From an uncultured Flavobacterium sp. (GTDB taxonomy: Bacteria > Bacteroidota > Bacteroidia > Flavobacteriales > Flavobacteriaceae), in the NCBI GenBank assembly GCA_964397335.1, contig CAYNIM010000010.1, positions 2,741-66,740 on the forward strand: a DNA stretch of 64,000 bases, in the 5' to 3' direction. The position numbers and the translations under genes are program-made. The notes under the pieces were generated by a model. The model saw only the letters and a list, made by a program, of their open reading frames with translations, searched no databases and was not told the origin of the DNA. Shown here piece by piece: positions 60,209 through 64,000 of this stretch. How positions within the stretch are numbered: the stretch's first letter is position 1; every line of letters begins with the position of its first letter.

Positions 60209-61687
60209 ATGGCGACGAGCAAACCGTTTCATATAATGAAAATTTCACTGAGATTAAGAATTTTTATCTCTATGATTTTTCTTACCATTATTTCTTCGGT
60301 TCTAATGGCGGTGATTACGGTTTATCAATTTAAAAAAGAAGCAAGAAACTATCAGCAAGATCGATTGGTTCGAAAGGAAAGTGCAGTAAATGAACATGTA
60401 AATTTTGTTCTTCAAACAACTAATTTACCACTGACTACTGAAAATCTACCACTTATTTTTAAAGAAAAAATCTTCGAATTATCGACTATTCACAATATTC
60501 AGATCAATATTTACGACTTAGAAGGCAACTTGTTAATTACTTCCAAAGGTAATTTTATTGTTGATATTGTTGAAAATGATGTGATTTCACCCAATGTGCT
60601 TAAAATAATTGAATCAACAGCATCCAAACGTTTTGTGGATTTAAGGATTATCGACGGCATGACACATCGCTCTGCTTATAACTACATAAAAGATCATAAA
60701 TTCAAACCTTTGGGAATCATTAGTATGCCCTATACCGAAGATTCTACATTTTATAATCAGCAAGTCAACGGATTTTTATGGCGCTTTGGTCAGGTTTATA
60801 TTTTTATGTTTGTTTTGGCGATTTTCTTAGCCTACATTTTATCGAGTTATATAACGAAAACTATTCAGATGATTAGCGATCGCATGCAACAGACATCCAT
60901 CAATCGAAAGAATGAGAAAATTAAGGTTGATAAGGCATCTTCTGAAATTGAAGTTCTAATTAATTCGTACAACGAAATGGTGGATAAATTAGAAGAATCT
61001 GCAGATAAACTAGCACAAACACAGCGCGAAATGGCTTGGCGCGAAATGGCTAAACAAGTTGCTCACGAAATTAAAAACCCGCTAACACCTATGCGATTGA
61101 CTGTTCAGAGTTTTGAAAGACGTTTCAATCCAGAGGATCCGAAAATCAATGAAAAGATGAAGGATTTTTGTGACACTTTGGTGCAACAGATTGATACAAT
61201 GAGTGCAGTGGCTTCGGCTTTTTCTAACTTTGCTTCCATGCCAGCTCAAGAAAACACTAAATTAGATGTTGTAAAAACAGTACAACTGGCTTTGGAAATT
61301 TTCAACGAAGATTTTATTCGTTTTGAATCTGATAAACACGAAATCATTGCTATATTTGACCGTTCGCAAATCATTAGGATCATTACAAACCTGGTGAAAA
61401 ATGCAATTCAAGCAATTCCAGCCTACGAAGCTTTTCCACGGGTTTTGGTGAAAGTTGTTCAGGTTGATGAAGAAGTGCTGATTTCTGTTTCAGATAATGG
61501 TGTAGGAATTTCGGATGAGAATAAAGGGAAGATTTTCGAACCTAAATTTACCACCAAAACTAGCGGAATGGGACTTGGCTTGGCAATGATTAAAAATATG
61601 ATTGAAGGCTATGGTGGAGTGATTTATTTTGAAACTCTTAAAGATAAAGGAACTACATTTTATGTGAGATTACCAATTACTAATTAA
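60209..61687 (+). CDS. HAMP-domain sensor histidine kinase
   Basis: WREMAKQVAHEIKNPLTP, NLVKNA, DNGVGI and GMGLGL motifs. Confidence 0.95.
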   Translation: MATSKPFHIMKISLRLRIFISMIFLTIISSVLMAVITVYQFKKEARNYQQDRLVRKESAVNEHVNFVLQTTNLPLTTENLPLIFKEKIFELSTIHNIQINIYDLEGNLLITSKGNFIVDIVENDVISPNVLKIIESTASKRFVDLRIIDGMTHRSAYNYIKDHKFKPLGIISMPYTEDSTFYNQQVNGFLWRFGQVYIFMFVLAIFLAYILSSYITKTIQMISDRMQQTSINRKNEKIKVDKASSEIEVLINSYNEMVDKLEESADKLAQTQREMAWREMAKQVAHEIKNPLTPMRLTVQSFERRFNPEDPKINEKMKDFCDTLVQQIDTMSAVASAFSNFASMPAQENTKLDVVKTVQLALEIFNEDFIRFESDKHEIIAIFDRSQIIRIITNLVKNAIQAIPAYEAFPRVLVKVVQVDEEVLISVSDNGVGISDENKGKIFEPKFTTKTSGMGLGLAMIKNMIEGYGGVIYFETLKDKGTTFYVRLPITN

Positions 61688-61699
61688 AAGGATATTAAC

Positions 61700-62482
61700 A
61701 TGACATTTGAAAACATTTTAGTACAAAAAAATAATCAAATTGCAACGATTACAATCAATCGACCATCTAAATTAAACGCGTTGAATAAAGCAACAATCGA
61801 AGAATTGCACACAGCATTTAATGACTGTAACGAAGATAAAGAAATTCGTGCAATCATCATTACTGGTTCGGGTGAAAAAGCTTTTGTTGCAGGCGCAGAT
61901 ATTTCTGAATTTGCTAACTTTAGCACTTCAGAAGGTTCAGAATTGGCACGAAAAGGGCAAGAACTTCTCTTTGATTTTGTAGAGCAATTAGGAACTCCTG
62001 TTATTGCAGCGGTTAATGGTTTTGCTTTGGGTGGCGGTTTAGAATTGGCAATGGCATCACACCTTCGTGTGGCATCTGACAATGCTAAAATGGGATTGCC
62101 TGAAGTGACATTAGGAGTGATTCCTGGTTATGGAGGAACGCAAAGGTTGCCACAATTGATTGGTAAAGGACGTGCCAATGAAATGATCATGACAGCTCAT
62201 ATGATTGATGCGGAAACTGCATTGAAATTTGGTTTGGTCAATCATGTGGTTCCACAAACAGAATTGCTTCAAAAAGCAAATGAATTAGCGGGGAAAATTG
62301 CTAAAAATTCACCAACAGCTATCACTCAAGCCATTAAAGCGGTTAATGCCAACTTTACAGATGGCACTAATGGTTTTGAAGTTGAAATTGACCGATTTGG
62401 TTTTTGTTTTGGTACAGAAGATTTTAAAGAAGGGACCACTGCCTTTTTGGAAAAACGCAAAGCAGATTTTAAAGGAAATTAA
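61700..62482 (+). CDS. Enoyl-CoA hydratase/isomerase family protein
   Basis: AFVAGADI, ALGGGLELA and PEVTLGVIPGYGGTQRL motifs. Confidence 0.95.
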   Translation: MTFENILVQKNNQIATITINRPSKLNALNKATIEELHTAFNDCNEDKEIRAIIITGSGEKAFVAGADISEFANFSTSEGSELARKGQELLFDFVEQLGTPVIAAVNGFALGGGLELAMASHLRVASDNAKMGLPEVTLGVIPGYGGTQRLPQLIGKGRANEMIMTAHMIDAETALKFGLVNHVVPQTELLQKANELAGKIAKNSPTAITQAIKAVNANFTDGTNGFEVEIDRFGFCFGTEDFKEGTTAFLEKRKADFKGN

Positions 62483-62489
62483 GAATAGC

Positions 62490-62527
62490 AAAGTCGTTTC
62501 AATTCAATTTAGAAACGACTTTTTTTT
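62490..62527 (+). terminator. Intrinsic terminator
   Basis: aaagtcgtttc...gaaacgacttt followed by a T-run. Confidence 0.75.
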
Positions 62528-62652
62528 CAATGCCATTAGATAGACTTATCTATTTGGTAGTTGATTGAAATACCTTATTTGGTATATTTTAACTATAGGC
62601 TAACAGATTTGTATTTAAATCTTTATAGATTTGTGAGTGTAAAAATCATTTA

Positions 62653-62997
62653 ATGAAACTAAAGAATTACATCATTTTATTAATTGCCTTGATTGGTTTT
62701 ACTCCTTGCTCGGTAAAACAAGGAGTTTTCGATGTCTTTTCTTTAGAATACCAGCGCACGTTTAATATTAATAAAACGGTTCAAAACACCTCTTGTGTTG
62801 CTTCTGCGCCAGAAATCACAACTACTGCAACCTATAGCAAACAAAGACTGTTCGACCCCTTTTTTACAAAAATAAATTCGTTTTTTGCTTACAAAGAAGT
62901 TCTTAAGTTGTGGAACGAAAAGGAGTTGGTATACCGCGGCCCTCCATTTTATATTTTATATCAAAAACTCAAAATAGCAGCTATTTTACAAGAATAA
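62653..62997 (+). CDS. Small exported hypothetical protein / possible leader ORF with an RGPP motif
   Basis: Hydrophobic N-terminus and C-terminal YRGPPFYILYQKLKI. Ends 38 nt before doxD. Confidence 0.7.
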   Translation: MKLKNYIILLIALIGFTPCSVKQGVFDVFSLEYQRTFNINKTVQNTSCVASAPEITTTATYSKQRLFDPFFTKINSFFAYKEVLKLWNEKELVYRGPPFYILYQKLKIAAILQE

Positions 62998-63035
62998 GTT
63001 AACCCTAAATTGTTAAATTTTAATCTTGTAAAAAT

Positions 63036-64000
63036 ATGAATTCTATTGAAAATAAATGGTATGCAAATCAAGCTGGTTTGTTTACCTTAGCTTTGCGTTT
63101 AGTAGTTGGTTGGACGTACTTCTCTGCCTTTTGGCGTCGTCTTATCATAGACAATAAATTAATTCCTGAAGAAGCAGGGTATATTGGTGAAAAGTTCAAT
63201 CACTTTTTGCCACACGCCTTGGGGATTAAACCTATTATTGAATACCTTGTTCTAAATCCTGATAAATTACAGGCAGCGATGATAGCTTTTACTATAATTG
63301 AAGCGATTGTTGGTTTGTTTATGATGTTAGGTTTGTTTTCCCGATTAATGTCTGTTGGTGTTTTCTCATTGGCAATGGGAATTTTATTGGGTTCTGGGTG
63401 GATAGGAACGACTTGCTTGGATGAATGGCAAATTGGTGTATTGGGCGTTGCTACAGGTTTTGTTTTATTTTTAACAGGAAGTAGCTCGTATTCAATGGAT
63501 CAATTACTCATTAATAAAAAAGTGTCGTTTACGAATAATAAATGGTTTTTGTGGATGGGTTCAGGTCCTGTAAATGTTCCAAAGCAATCGATTCTCGTTG
63601 GTTCTTTGGCCATTTTTGGACTCACTCTTTTTACTAATCAGCATTTTCATGGAGGTGTTTTTGGAACATTGCACAATAAGTCTGTAAAACCAAAATTAGA
63701 AATCACTCAAACACATTTTGAAACTAAAAATCGTGTGCTCTACTTTGATTTAATGAGAGTAGAGGGAGCCGATGTTTACGGTTCGTTTTTGATTGAAATG
63801 GAAGTTTTTGATGCACAGAATCGATTGATTAAGAAATGGGATATGAAAGATTTAAGTAGTATGCCGCAAGAACAAATTAAAAATCATTATGTGGCGAAAA
63901 TAAAACCGGGCGTTCACAGTCTGATACTTCCTTTAGGAGCAAAAGCTACAATGGAATTGCAACTAAATACTACGGAAATCCCTAAAAAAATCCGATTGAC
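63036..64000 (+). CDS. doxD: Thiosulfate:quinone oxidoreductase-like DoxD(A) membrane protein, 3'-truncated by the window edge
   Basis: Read manually: LRLVVGWTYFSAFWRR...GEKFNHFLP...GWIGTTCLDEWQIG...LHNKSVKP. Confidence 0.85.
   Translation, partial: MNSIENKWYANQAGLFTLALRLVVGWTYFSAFWRRLIIDNKLIPEEAGYIGEKFNHFLPHALGIKPIIEYLVLNPDKLQAAMIAFTIIEAIVGLFMMLGLFSRLMSVGVFSLAMGILLGSGWIGTTCLDEWQIGVLGVATGFVLFLTGSSSYSMDQLLINKKVSFTNNKWFLWMGSGPVNVPKQSILVGSLAIFGLTLFTNQHFHGGVFGTLHNKSVKPKLEITQTHFETKNRVLYFDLMRVEGADVYGSFLIEMEVFDAQNRLIKKWDMKDLSSMPQEQIKNHYVAKIKPGVHSLILPLGAKATMELQLNTTEIPKKIRL

Overview
AT-rich Flavobacteriaceae chromosome segment (Flavobacterium/Paenimyroides-like, judged from gliding and T9SS genes and TAnnTTTG promoters). 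Bases 1-~11550 form a decayed accessory island that abuts the 3' end of a tRNA-Val(TAC). It holds (i) a visibly higher-GC ECF sigma/FecR/SusC module, (ii) a tandem array of two-gene cassettes joined by a 147-bp near-identical repeat that encodes a shared signal peptide, whose last member is fused to a T9SS FG-GAP-like protein, (iii) an internally deleted IS1634 inserted in an AbiEii-like remnant, and (iv) an ICE-type truncated ssb preceded by a long fold-back structure. The rest is mostly core genome (secDF, gyrB, rlmD, rocD, gldA, DAHP synthase/chorismate mutase, rsgA, dtd, DUF3857 pair, acs, rimO, proS, aroQ, porins, xerD, murF, gldJ-porU-porV, hemH-hemJ, doxD). Smaller oddities there include three tandem paralogous micro membrane proteins, a Flavo-1-like repeat, a MITE-like element, a nonsense-interrupted T9SS cargo gene with a structured upstream element, and an RGPP-containing leader ORF before doxD. 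All calls come from reading the sequence by eye; no searches were run.
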